From Rhizodiscina lignyota (lineage: Eukaryota): 64,000 bases of DNA. The translations under genes were made by a program, and so were the position numbers. The notes under the pieces are model-generated. The model was given only the letters and a program-made list of their open reading frames with translations, was not told where the DNA came from and ran no database searches. The stretch spans positions 186,001 to 250,000 of the forward strand of contig ML978139.1 in NCBI GenBank assembly GCA_010015805.1, read 5' to 3'. How positions within the stretch are numbered: the first letter of the stretch is position 1; every line of letters begins with the position of its first letter. Of the stretch, positions 10,375 to 22,663 are shown one piece after another.

Positions 10375-12828
10375 TCACCGTTGTATTCTCCTACCTACGA
10401 ACCAATTCATGTAGCCGACAGGCCAAGTATGCATCTTGCGGCCCCCGAATATCTCCCACTGCACCTCGCCAATGATAACCTCACACGACTGGTTGCCAGT
10501 TCTGCGGATGTGCAACTCGTCCTTTGCACTGTCTGTGGCACTCTTCTCCAACAACTGAACAAGTTCATGAAACTCCCTCGTCCTGAGACAGCTTACCAGG
10601 CCGTCCCAGGGCATGATGCAGGGTAGAATCGGTATGGTGTAGGTGAATAACAGGTGCATTGGATCCCGCCAGAACCACAACAACGTAACAAGCATCAGGA
10701 GGGGCATATCAATCAACATAAGTCCAAGACTCCACACCCGACGGTCCTGCAGTTCAATGATAGCAAAGCCATCCGACGTCTCCAAGGAACTCCGCAGGAC
10801 CTTTGCTGCAAGCTCGTCACCAAAGTGGTGAAACGACAATGAGAACAGGCGGAAGATCTTGCTTCCTGAATCGGCGTCGGCGGAGTCACGAGTATGCAAA
10901 GGAGGGGCGCTCGCGTGCGCTCCCGATCCTGCATCTGCGGCCCGACCACGTGTGGCTGTAACGCTGATCACGGAGGGAGGCGGGGCCGTTGCGTCTACGG
11001 GCTGAGGGATGAAGCTCAGATTTTCGGAGCGCGAGGACAGGTCGATCCATGCGTCGAGGTGCGGGGATATGTCACTCAGCAGGAATGGAATCGGACGCTG
11101 CTCTCGCGTGGCGCGAGATGAGTTCACAGCGTGCTCGATGACCGGAGTTGGACCTGAAAGAGAGAATTGAAAGCGTCAGCACGTGGTTAGCTAACAAAAA
11201 CGCAGCGGACGTGTAGCAGAGATAGGAGTAGATTGCCGCAAATGACGTTATTGATTGACTGAAGGGGCCAGAGATGGCTGTTGAGGCTGGGAACCGGGAA
11301 GCAAAAAACCATGAAGTCACAGGTTTTGAGTAAAGATACGAAGCGGTTAGATTTGCAATGGCTTTGCAATGCTGTGTAAGCTTGTCGTGATTGACGTCAG
11401 GGATGGCAAGAAGCGGCGAAGCTTGACATTGACGAGTCTCACGTGGGGGTAAAACCGGAAAATTGAACTCGCAGGAGAGGCGCACATGGGCGTCAAGATG
11501 TAACGACGAGAAAGGAAGGGGTATGAGAATATATCCTTACCGCCACCCCCGGAACAGAAATCTACCACCGTCAGGTCGTCCGTATCGGGATACTGTTCCA
11601 GGATTCCAAGAATGAGTTCGGAAGCAAGATTTGCAGGACTTTTTGCTTGAATGAGAGGTAGGCGGTGCATCCATTGGGCGGCGAGCATGGATTGGCATCT
11701 TTGCCGGAGAAACGGAGGGAACCTGGGTTGGGAAAAAGATCGTGAGAATTTTGTATCTTGTTTTTTCCTTTGAGGTGGGGACTGTGGAGTAGGAAAATTT
11801 GAATTTTGAAAGAAATGATGCGGTCATTGGTGGTCACGCTGATACGTTGTGATAAGAAGCAAGACACTCGGGCAAAAAAGGGTATGAAGGATTCGAAATA
11901 CTGCTGTATCATGCGCGCACAATGTATTCGAATGGGGACGTAAGTACGTCGAATGCAGCAGTGTGCGTCAGAGAAGAATGACTAAAAGAGGAAGTATATT
12001 GGAGGGTATGAAATTGTGTTGCACATACCACCATAGGTCGCAGAACTCGAACAATCTCAGTGGTCTTCTGCTGACCACCGGATTGAAGAGCGTTCGAAGC
12101 ATGCTCCACCACCGAGCACCTTTTTCATCATAATCGATAATCGCATTTGATTCATCTCCCATCTGACGATGCCCTATCTCGTCCCCGCAAGCATCACCAT
12201 GACGCTGATCCCTGCGCTCCACGTGCTGCGCGCAAATGTCATTGTCAGATGTAGATTGGCGTGGCCGGCGTGAGCGGATGAGGCTCGTGTTCTCATCAGC
12301 AGCATCTGCGGGGAGCGAGTTAGGAAGGTCTACGATAGCATGGTATACGAGAATTGCCACGAGAGGGGTGCAGGTGTGCTGGGGTGTCTTTTGAGCTCAA
12401 GTCAAGAAAAGCTTAGGTGAGGGCATGTGCGGCAGAAGCAGCAGCGGCATGAGGGCATGCCTGAGGATCTTCCGAGCTTGTGGAAATCGATATGGCACAC
12501 TGGACGGAGATGATAACTGGGCCGGGGCGTAGCTGCAATGCTACGAGAGGGAATAATGAAAATGCTGACACGGGGCGAGGAGCCCGTTCAATGCCTGGGC
12601 GACGATAACAAGGAGCAATGAATGGGAATCAAAAATACTCTCACCTGCAGCCGCGTCCTGCACCGCTGCATCTGCGTCTGCCGACGATCGAGAGGCGCTC
12701 AAGCCCATCGCGCCAGCTGTACCCCTCGTCGATGTTGAAGATTGCAAGCTTTCTCGTTGCGGGCCTGCTAGCGGAGATTTACTGCTGGATATAGAAGAGG
12801 GTCGAGGAGGTGTCGAGCGATCCGTCAT
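10375..12828 (-). CDS. Uncharacterised SAM-dependent methyltransferase-like protein with a hydrophobic C-terminal segment, about 473 aa
   Basis: Proposed exons 12645-12828, 12029-12305, 11541-11722, 10375-11153; phases join in frame. Motifs LRLFEFCDLW|WFPPFLR, VVDFCSGGG|GP (SAM motif I-like), LSDISP, SLSFHHF, WDGLVSCLRTR. Exon 1 is the least certain. Confidence 0.7.
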
Positions 12829-14074
12829 CGATTCACGTAACGATTATGTCTCTGACATGGGTGAAACGTGCTCGAGCTCCAGCAACGAGGGCCCTTGTTC
12901 TAGAAAGTCGCCCGTTTCGGGCATGGGATCGAAAATCGTGCTGGGAGCATTTCGGCGAGCAAAGAGGTGGAAAATGCTCGCTCTGCTGGGTCGCCGTGGG
13001 CGTCGCACAAAGAGACTAACGCTTGCGTTCTCTTCCCCCAACGATCAAGATGAAACACGTAGCGTGCAAGTGCATATGCACGCAGCATGCAGACATTCCG
13101 CGATGCATGCAGCAGCTCTCGATACCTCACAAATGCTGAATGTCCCCATCATCGCTTCCGTCTTCCTGGTGCGTCAGCACTCTGAACGTACATACACGAG
13201 CGACACCTGTCCCCCTCCCGCGCTGTGTCGCGGGTGATTCCACGCCGCAATTCAACCGGCTGGCAGGCCCATCTAGAAGATCTGCGGCCAGCTACAGCAC
13301 ATCCCGCAGCGGAGACAATACCATGAACGGCTATAGCGCACGTCTAATATTGCCCACCGTCAGGCCCTCTGCTCCGTGACTGAAGTCGACATTTGCCGGC
13401 CCCCTACCGGCCAACGGTGATGGAAAAGGGGCTTAACCCGACGACACTCCGGCTTCCAGAATGTCCAAGCCATTTCCGAGCATTGGCCAATGGGAGGCCA
13501 TGGCTCGCCGTTTTACGAGATCGTATCGATATCATTTCTCCATAAATTGGCGGAAATGGTCACTGCGCCGAGTGCATCGCTGTGATTCCTTTCAGAAGCC
13601 CTAGCCGCGGAGTAAGACGATACCGAGACCGCATCCGCGTCCGCATGCACTGTAGCGGCGGACTGCAGAGTGTTCAGCCATGTACGTACCGTAAAGGCGA
13701 TGGCGCATGGTGAGGCTGTCGTCGTCGATTTTTGATAGATGAGGAGATTGAAGGTAAGCGTGTGGCTTGAGTGGCGGTGGAGCAGCTTGACCTCCAGTCA
13801 TCTTTTGCCTAACTTCGCAGGTCGATGATGAGGACATTTGTAGATAGATGTGTAGATGGTGAATGTGACAAGTTTCGAAATAGTTGCTCCGCTACTATGA
13901 TCTTACACTACGACTACAGGTCGATGCAATGCTATGCTGCTTTTCCCCTCCATGCTGCTGTGGTCTTGAGACCTGGTATCACTATGCCAATATAAAATCC
14001 AAATTCCGTAACACCGTTCCCGCCCACGCTATGCTTAAAATAGTAAGAAATGCAAGATAGTGACGGATAGGCAG

Positions 14075-15181
14075 CTATGATTTGCTGCTATTACTGTCGC
14101 TTAGTTCGGTGTCCTCATCGCTGGAGTTGACTTTCTGTCCATCGATAGGGCCAAGCGTCCATACCCATGCGCGCTGCTTCTTCCTACGGCCTGCGACGGG
14201 AGTCTCGGGACACTTGTCGCTATCTGAGTCTTCGTCATCAGACGTGCGCTTGTCACCGGTCTTGGCTGTATGTGACAACCGAGATACGCGAGCCGGCGAC
14301 TTTGGCTTGGTAGCCTTGTCCGAAATGGCGTTGGCAAGAGTACGATTACTCGCCGTAGATGTCGAATCAGTGTCACTGTGGAAAGAAGAAAATGGTGACG
14401 TTGATGATGATGTGGATTCCTCGGCGGTAGGTAGAGTGGTTGATGATTCTGATAGTTCGAGCTCAGAGTGGGGAACAGTGTACGTGGTCGTATGGATTTC
14501 CTCGTCCAATGGGAACCGGAAAGAGACATGCTTTGCTGCCGGAAACATTGGACGACACGTCGTCGACGACATCCTGACTGACGGTAATGGGCTGTTGCGG
14601 AGGATTGATCGAACGTTATATGATAGTTTATATGGGATGCGGACCGTGGCCGAGTCTGCTGATGATGTGGAATCGGTCGATGTTGCCGACAATACAGATG
14701 CTGAACTTGGTGTGCGTTCAGCTGATGCAGAATTGGGAGAGGATGACTCGCAGCTGGTCGACGTGTGAACAGAGCTGTCGATCGCGAGGCGCGGTCTCAC
14801 AGGACGTGGGGTAGGCGTGGTGGTCGAAGTTGGTGAGGACGAAGAGGTGGTGGTGGAGCTCTTCCCATAAGCATTACTGAAGGTGTTCCTGACTGTAGGT
14901 GATACTGCCGATAGAGTCTCCAGGCGCAGTCCAGAGCCCGCACCTTTGCCGTAGGTAGAGGGTTGAAAGAGTTCAGCGGTGTTGAGCTTTAACCTAGGTC
15001 GTGGAGATCGCGAAGTCTGGGAGGGTTGAGTAGGCGATTGTATATGTATCGGCGACGAGATGGCGAGTGAAGGCATCATGTTGGACAGGTTCAGATCATG
15101 AGGCTCGGAATGCTGATCGGGTGGATGCTGCGGTTGTGGTGTGGGAGATGCATCAATCATTTGCGAAAATGCGAGCATCAT
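14075..15181 (-). CDS. Ser/Thr/Pro-rich, largely disordered hypothetical protein, 368 aa
   Basis: Intronless ATG-initiated ORF with short motif-like islands (LRLETLSAVSPTVRNTFSNAY, RSILRNSPLP, KHVSF, CPETPVAGRRKKQRAWVWTLGP). Confidence 0.75.
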   Translation of the reverse strand: MMLAFSQMIDASPTPQPQHPPDQHSEPHDLNLSNMMPSLAISSPIHIQSPTQPSQTSRSPRPRLKLNTAELFQPSTYGKGAGSGLRLETLSAVSPTVRNTFSNAYGKSSTTTSSSSPTSTTTPTPRPVRPRLAIDSSVHTSTSCESSSPNSASAERTPSSASVLSATSTDSTSSADSATVRIPYKLSYNVRSILRNSPLPSVRMSSTTCRPMFPAAKHVSFRFPLDEEIHTTTYTVPHSELELSESSTTLPTAEESTSSSTSPFSSFHSDTDSTSTASNRTLANAISDKATKPKSPARVSRLSHTAKTGDKRTSDDEDSDSDKCPETPVAGRRKKQRAWVWTLGPIDGQKVNSSDEDTELSDSNSSKS

Positions 15182-16223
15182 GCGGCGGCACGCGTGCAGG
15201 TTTAAGAGATATCCAGAGGCGTGTGGATGACTCGGTTGCCTATTTCTATAGCGTCCGCGTGCAAAGTGTACTTTTCTGGATGCTTGCCAGAGGAGGGGAG
15301 CCGCTGCTTTACACCTAGGCCAAACGCTACTGGGGCTCGTATTCGAGCGAGCCGGGGCAGTAGATGAGGCGCAGAGTATTTCTGTCGCTGACGTATATGG
15401 CTAGTCAGGCGGCGCGAGAATAGCAAGCTGGATGTAGGATGCGGGGCGCAGATGACATGAACATGCGAGAGAGAATAATAGCTGAGACACGAGAGACGAG
15501 GAGGTGGGAAGGTACCTACGGGGGCACTGATATACATAAGATAGAGCATCTACTTGATTGCACCATTGCTACCAATTACGGGTCCAACAGTACGACAGCA
15601 ATACCCGCCGCCGCCATGTAGATCGTGCCGGGAACATGGGAGGAGGCAAAGGGCAGGCCCGGCAGCTCAGTACGAGAGCGGGCGTTCCGGGGTGCTGACC
15701 GAGCGCGCTTTGGTATTCGGTGTTGAGAGGCGGGAGGAGGTCGACGCAGCGCCGGGGTGTGGTGGTGGAGCAGTGGGAAGGGGAGCCAGGCCAGGGTCTA
15801 TCTAAAAAAATCCCCTTGGCACGCTAGCCCGGGCTGGGCGTAGCTCGCTGCTCACGCTGATCGCCATCCTCAGAGCACGACATGGCCATGACTCTGCAGC
15901 CGCCAACGATCGCACGCAAACCCACTCGGCGCCTAACTGCCACCGATCACCGGATGGCAACGCTCTCACCACGTTGCCGGTACCGTCTTGCCCCTCTCCT
16001 CGCATTCTCTGAAACACCGTGTCTCGCTGGATGCGCTTCTGCTCCCAGCCAGCGGCAGTGACATCTCCAAACACGCGCATACGCACTCCAAGGTCCGCAG
16101 CTGACTGTGGCCGTCTCTCGCCACCAATCATCGCCGCGTCACGCTCACCACGCTCGACAGGGGACGGGGCGAAGCAATATGGCCGTCTAAGTCGCTCGAG
16201 AACAATCATGACGACGAGGCGCC

Positions 16224-18458
16224 ATGTCTTCTGCCGCTCGCGAGAAGCTGTTGAAGCGAAAGGATGACCGGATCATCGTACACTTTGTACGTCTCTTGGC
16301 ATTGCCTGCATCTATACTCTAGTCTCTATATTGTGGCTGCATTCGCGCTCTCTAGCTGCGTATCCTGTCAAGCCATTCGACCGTAATTATCGCAATGTGT
16401 CCTAAACTTTAAAGAGTGTTCTATCAATATCTCCGTTGAGACACTCTCTACCCAGCCGGCCGCCATCTGACCAGCCACTCGCAGGATTACGACTGCTTTT
16501 ACGCTTCAGTTTTTGAGGCCGAGAACCCAAAATTAAAGTCTCTTCCGCTCGCCGTGAAGCAGAAGCAAATCATCGTCACGTGCAATTACGAGGCCAGAAG
16601 ACGAGTCAGTCTATTTTCATCGCTTGCGACGCTTGCGTGGTGAACTTTATTTTCCACGTGCTGACCGATCGTCTCAAGGGACTGCACAAGCTTCAGCTTA
16701 TCACAGAAGCTAAGAAAATATGTCCAGAAGTAATCATAGTCCTTGGCGAGGACATCTCCAGATTCCGGGATGCGTCAAAAGAACTCTACAGCTTTCTGCG
16801 TTCTTTCTCCTGGAACGGAAATGTGGAGAGGCTTGGATTTGACGAGGTCTGGAAACATGAACCTGCCGCTCCATTGGCTTAAGTTAGAACTTACACCTGA
16901 CACATCGTGGTAGGTATGGATGGATACGACAGATATGGTTGACTACAACGTCAGCATTCTGAATCGCAACGACCTCGTCAATTCCTTCTTCTGTCTTGCG
17001 AAAGATGACCCGACTGTGGGTTTCGCTTTCGATGCAACAGCGTTTGCCGGGCATACGTACGCAAAAGAGCAGCCAGATGCGAATGCTCACTCGGGAGTTG
17101 TGCCAGAAGAAGATTCTCTCTACTTGCGACTTCGGCTTGCGTCCCACTTGGCTCGGTATCTCCGAGTTCAACTCGAAGAGCAGAAAGGGTACACGTCGAC
17201 CGTAGGCATTTCCACCTCCAAATTACTCTCTAAACTCGTTGGCAATGTCAACAAACCCAAGGCTCAGACGACTCTGGCGCCACCGTACACAGCCTCAGAG
17301 GCCCGAGAAAGCAACGTCACCTCATTCATTGATGCTCACGAAGTGGGCAAGATACCGGGTATCGGATTTAAGCTAGCCACCAAGATCCGTAGTCATGTTC
17401 TTCAAAAGCTGATTGACGAGCAACCCTTCGTCCTTGACCGTGACAAGGACATTGTGACATGTGGCCAGGTTCGCAATTTCCCTGGCATGTCTGCGGACCT
17501 CCTGGAGAAGCTTCTCTCGGGTCCAGGCTCACCACACGGTATTGGTGCCAAAATTTGGCACCTTCTTCATGGCATTGATGATAGTCAGGTCGGACAAGCT
17601 CGCGGAGTGCCGAGGCAGATCAGTATTGAAGACAGTTATGTGCGTCTAGATACTTATGATGAGGTCCTCAAAGAGCTTGGTCTGCTGTCGAGGAGTCTGC
17701 TACGGCGTATGCGTATAGACCTTCTTGACGATGGCGATTCTGAGTCTTCTACCTTTGATGCTCCTCATGACAACTTACAATCAGTTACTTCCAGGCGTTG
17801 GCTCGCTCATCCCCGAACACTCCGCCTCTCCACACGTCCACGTCTAGCATCTAATCAGGACGGATCACGCAGTCGTGCTATCGGTCGAATATCACGTTCC
17901 GGGCCGCTGGCAAACTTTGTTTTCAATCTATCCGATAGTATCGACGCTATTGCGGACAAGCTTGTATCGGAGACTCTTGTGCCAATGTTCCGCAGGCTTC
18001 ATCCAGAGAAGAGCGGATGGAATCTGAGTCTTGTGAACCTCGCCGTGATGAATATGGCAGAAGCCGCTAGTGATAAGGGCAACGGTGCTAGAGGCGTAGG
18101 CAGGAATATTAGCAACATGTTCAGGAGGCAGGAAGACGTCCTGAAGGAGTGGAAAGTCGAAGATAAAGATATCCCTCCGGACTATCCCACTGAACAAACC
18201 GACGACGATGCCAAAGCTATCGAAGCTCCCATTGTCCGGGAGCAACTGCAGAACCATGACACTGAGGCCAACGAAATTCGACATGGTTCGGAGGATTTTC
18301 TTCGTCCGAGTCAAGCAAGTGTCGTTGCACTAGACCAGGACTGGGATTATGGGGACGACATGGCCGAGGACGATGCAGCGGCCTGCGAAATCTGTGGCTC
18401 TCGCATGCCAATATTCGCACTCTCTGCACATGAGCGCTTTCACTCAGCAGGAGAGTAG
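16224..18458 (+). CDS. Y-family translesion DNA polymerase (Pol iota-like) with a C-terminal UBZ-type zinc finger, about 631 aa
   Basis: Exons 16224-16286, 16485-16604, 16679-16846, 16914-18458. Motifs IVHF|DYDCFYASV, TCNYEARRR|GL, ERLGFDE|VWMD, STSKLLSKL, KPKAQT, KIPGIG, QISIEDSY; C-terminal CEIC...HERFH. Confidence 0.9.
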
Positions 18459-18815
18459 GTTGGACGCAGAGCTCAGTTGAGGCTCAACAACATGGATAAA
18501 TACCCGGCTTTTCTCCCTTTGGACCTTTTCCTTTTTTGGATTGTAGGATTCAAATGATGATACCCCAGTTTAGACAGGCAAATGAAATTCTTTGCATCAT
18601 CGGAAAACCTTGAGTACGGCCGCATGCAAATCGTAGCCAATATCGCCGAGGCATGGCCAGCATGTGCACTCGGAAAAGCCCCGCGCACGCCTAGCGGCCG
18701 CGTGCACGTGGGACTTTCCCAATCGAGCCCTCGTTACGTTTTTACCATTTGCAACTTCATATCTCTCTAAGATGACTTCCCTGCAGCATTTTGCGACCAG
18801 ATAACATCGAACAAG

Positions 18816-20845
18816 ATGGCGTCGCGCCTTCCAGTGAGCCTGCGCGATACCTTCACCACGCAGAGCGGCTCTAGACCCGGGCGCCTGCTCGCGTTCAACC
18901 TAGATCTGTAAGTCTCCTATACCAAACAGGCAACTAGAAAACTCCCAATTGCTCTCACCGCCCTCGAACAGCCCGGAACGCGCTTCAATTGCTTTTCCAG
19001 ATGCACGGCCAGCTAAAACATGCCTCCTCAACAGACTCCGCAACATCCTACTCGTCCTCTTCCTCCTCCGCTGGACGCGCAAAGCCGTCGTACTCCTCTA
19101 CGGCTACGGGCCCATCGGCACGCTCGCGCAGCTCTGGCAGCCCTTCCGTGCGTTCCTCTACCGCAGCTTCCTCAGCTTGCCGGGAATCTCTGGGAAGGTC
19201 GCCGCGCAGGTCAATGAGGGAATCGGGAAGATCGAGAAAGGGCTTCTACCCACGGGCCCGGACGTAGTGCGCTATGCGACATTGCCGAAGGAGGGATGGG
19301 GCAAGGATAAAGTGCTTGAAGAGCTTGGGAAGATTGAGGGTATGAAGCATACTCGGTGGGAGGAGGGGCGCGTAAGTGGCGCGGTGTATCATGGTGGGAA
19401 GGACTTGGTAGACGTGCAAACGAAGGCATGGGGTATGTTCAGTGTGGCCAATCCGATCCACCCAGACGTCTTTCCGGGCGTTAGGAAGATGGAGGCAGAG
19501 ATTGTCAGCATGGTAGGTCTCAGTTCCACGCCCTTTGATTTCCAGTAGCGCAGACGGAGTCCTGGAGACTACAGGGAGCTGTATGCTCTATGGGATGGTC
19601 AAATGACGTCAAAAGCTCCAGGCCATGGATTGCACTTAAAAGCTTGAACTTTGGCTGACATTCTCAAAATAGGTCCTTGCATTGTTCAATGCTCCAGAAG
19701 ATGCTGCTGGCGTCACCACGAGCGGCGGCACGGAATCGATCCTCATGGCCTGTCTCGGCGCGCGCAATAAAGCCTACAAAGAGCGTGGCGTCACTGAGCC
19801 GGAGATGTGCGTCTTCTAGACATCTCAGATGAACTCCAATGCTAACAGGGCCCACAGGATCATCCCGCACACCGCACACGCCGCCTTCCTCAAAGCTTGC
19901 GAATACTTCAACATCACTGCGCGTATGGTCCCCTGTCCCGCACCCTCATACAAAGTCTCAACTCGCACCATCTCGCGTCTGGTAAATCGCAACACTATCC
20001 TGATCGTCGGCTCCGCTCCGAACTATCCTCATGGCGTCATCGACGACATCACGGCCTTGTCCCGCATCGCCCTGCGCAAGAACATACCGCTCCACGTGGA
20101 CTGCTGCTTGGGCAGCTTCATGATGCCGTACTTAGAGCGCGCGGGATTCGAATCCGAGCCCTTCGACTTCAGACTGAAAGGCGTAACCAGCATCAGTGTC
20201 GACACGCACAAGTATGGTTTCGCACCAAAGGGCAACAGCACGGTACTCTATCGCAACAAGCAGCTGCGCGCATACCAGTACTTCATCACGCCCGACTGGC
20301 CCGGCGGCGTCTATGGATCTCCGAGCATCGCTGGAAGCAGACCTGGCGCCCTGATCGCAGGCTGCTGGGCGAGCATGATGTCAATGGGCGAGGACGGATA
20401 CATCAAAGCGTGCCACAGCATCGTGTCCACGCGCAGCAACATCGAAGACGCAATTAAGAACGACGAGCGCCTCTCGTCTCTCAGCGTCATCGGCAGACCG
20501 CTCGTCAGCGTCGTCGCGTTCCGCAGCGATATCATAAGCATTTGGGAGATTGCCGACGGGATGAGCGCGAGGGGTTGGCATCTTAACGCGCTGCAGAGCC
20601 CGCCGGGTGTGCATGTCGCAGTCACTGTGCCCATTGTACCGGTGTGGAAGGAGCTGGTCGAGGATCTGGCTACTGTCGTTACGGAGCTGAGAGAGAAGAG
20701 GGAGCAGGCGATTGCCAAGGGCGAGAAGCCACAGGGTGGGAAGGGCGATGCGGTTGCGCTGTACGGTGTCGCGGGGAGCTTGCCAGATAAGACGATCGTG
20801 AGGGATCTGGCGAGGGGGTTCTTGGATACGCTGTACAAGGCGTAG
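18816..20845 (+). CDS. DPL1: Sphingosine-1-phosphate (sphinganine-1-phosphate) lyase, about 563 aa
   Basis: Exons 18816-18907, 19035-19512, 19673-19806, 19858-20845. Motifs [44 protein letters not shown] (PLP lysine), AGSRPG. Confidence 0.93.
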
Positions 20846-21642
20846 TCGTGCAGCAGTAGTGGGCTATTTTGAAGGAGAAGGCTTTAGGCTTGGGCATTAT
20901 ACCAAACTTTTCGTTTTATAGCTGCGGCAATGGAACTCAACTCCATGCTTCGCCAATTTCCGGACATGCTCGATCCATCGTGACACTTGGAATATCCACA
21001 GTAGAAAACTCTGAATGTGAACACTTCGGTAACAGTCTGCCGGCGTCTATGGAATGAGGACACTAAGACATACAACACTTTACAACTCAGTGCAAACACG
21101 ATGACTGGATCCCGTATATAATCGAACATATGCTCCGCAAGCGGCTGGGCACACACACACTTGAGTGGGCGATTGCAATATCACAGATTTTGTACTTTAC
21201 CTTCAGTATGTACTCTCACAAACGCGTGGATTCTCTCCAGTTAGTCGAAATAGTATAAGTGAATCCCGGACATAATCGTAAGTTTCCTCTGAGAGTCTTA
21301 CTGCTCACGAACGCGATCATTTCTTTGGTAATTATTTTTGATTTACGTCTTATACTTCACTACTATCTCCTTTAGCAAGAACAAGTTCTTGCCCTCTTTA
21401 TTCTTCGGCACCATCTGGTAGTTGCAATGACAGCGGTCCGTATGCCACATATTGCGCATATGTAGTCATCGTAAACCTCTTCAGAATGGACCGAGTATCT
21501 TAAAAAGGTCATATACAGAATCATGCGTTGAATCTATTGCAATCCCCTCCCAACCACTTGTTTAACCATCCCAGCAACGCCGATGCGATGCAACTCATGA
21601 TAAGACATTCAAGAAAATCGTTTTCCATTTGCCGTGACGACC

Positions 21643-22663
21643 CTAAGCGGGCTGCTCATAGGCGCGCCTGACGATTCGAGCGAATTCTGTAGTAGATTGC
21701 AAGGTCAGTTTCCAGTTTCGCTTCTCGTGTGATGTCCCAGGTCGGGTCATTTGACGACAAGAAATGGGACGACTTACGATCGAATTTCACATTCTCCCTC
21801 ACGACCGTGCCCTCCGCCTTGTTGTCCTTGTTCAGCGGCACCTGGACATTATCTCCCTCGATCTTCCACTCGCACACATCCTTGATGAAGTGCTCAAACT
21901 CCTTGCCATGCAGATTCAGCCATCCCTCAAGCACCGGCCTCTGTATCTCCCTGATCGCCGAGCTCAGCACAACCGCTATCCGCACGCGCATCAGCTCCTC
22001 GAAGCCAGTCACGTCCGCCACCAAGTCGGCGTACAGGTCGTCGCTGTCGAGCGTGGCCCAGAATGTCGCATAATCTGCGCCGGAGAGTAGGTTGTTGAGG
22101 AGCGTGAGCTTCTGGACGGCTTCGGCGAGGGGAGCGTCGCCTGCGGCGGGGGTGGCAGAGCGAGTGCCGGAGGGAAAAAGAGTGTACGGTGGGAGGAGGG
22201 AGAGACAGAGCGAGAAGTCGGGTGTGGGGAAGACTGTTAGGGCCTTGACGAGAATGTTGGAGATCGTTTCATCGCGGGACAGCGGCGGGTTGAACTGGTA
22301 TCTGTTCGAGTAGCAGTAGGAATCAGTCATTTCGAATAGAGGCAGAATCTCAAAGGCAGACCGGGGGATCAATGTCAGGATATAGTTATAGATACATCAA
22401 ATGAAGTAAATCATCGGATAATAGGAAACGTTGTGAGATATCGATCATCATTGAAGTGAGTTCGCAAAGCGCAGAAATCTCGTCAAAACTCACAGCTTCA
22501 GCAAAGCCAAGTTCGCGTAGCAGTCATATGTCTGGCTCTCGCATTGCGACATGACGTATTCCTGCAGTACGCTCGTCGACTCCGGGTTGTAGCGATCGAG
22601 GCCATTGAGAATGGCGTTAATGAGGTCTGGCCGACCCTCAGCGAAGTCGAAAGGAACGCCCAT
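21643..22663 (-). CDS. eIF3k: Eukaryotic translation initiation factor 3 subunit K, 245 aa
   Basis: Exons 22494-22663, 21778-22301, 21643-21686. Motifs [59 protein letters not shown]. Confidence 0.93.
22369..22454 (-). ncRNA. Intron-encoded box C/D snoRNA (about 86 nt) in eIF3k intron 1
   Basis: Minus strand shows box C ATGATGA (22451-22445), D' CCGA (22417-22414), C'-like TTGATGT (22400-22394) and box D CTGA (22378-22375). Ends TCAATG/CATTGA are complementary. A 13-nt antisense element lies just upstream of D'. The host intron is unusually long (192 nt). Confidence 0.8.

Noticed and set aside
11154..12644. Stwintron or snoRNA explanation for the long introns
   Set aside because: No internal acceptor regenerates a consensus donor, and I found no RTGATGA/CTGA box pair.
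14082..14768. 228-aa plus-strand ORF antisense to the Ser-rich gene, and similar shadow ORFs over RRP12, DPL1, SEC6 and APP1
   Set aside because: These are antisense shadows of real coding sequence with no recognisable motifs.
16412..16447. Hairpin AGAGTGT...ACACTCT in the 198-nt first intron of the Y-family polymerase
   Set aside because: A single modest stem with no H/ACA or C/D boxes in the right places.
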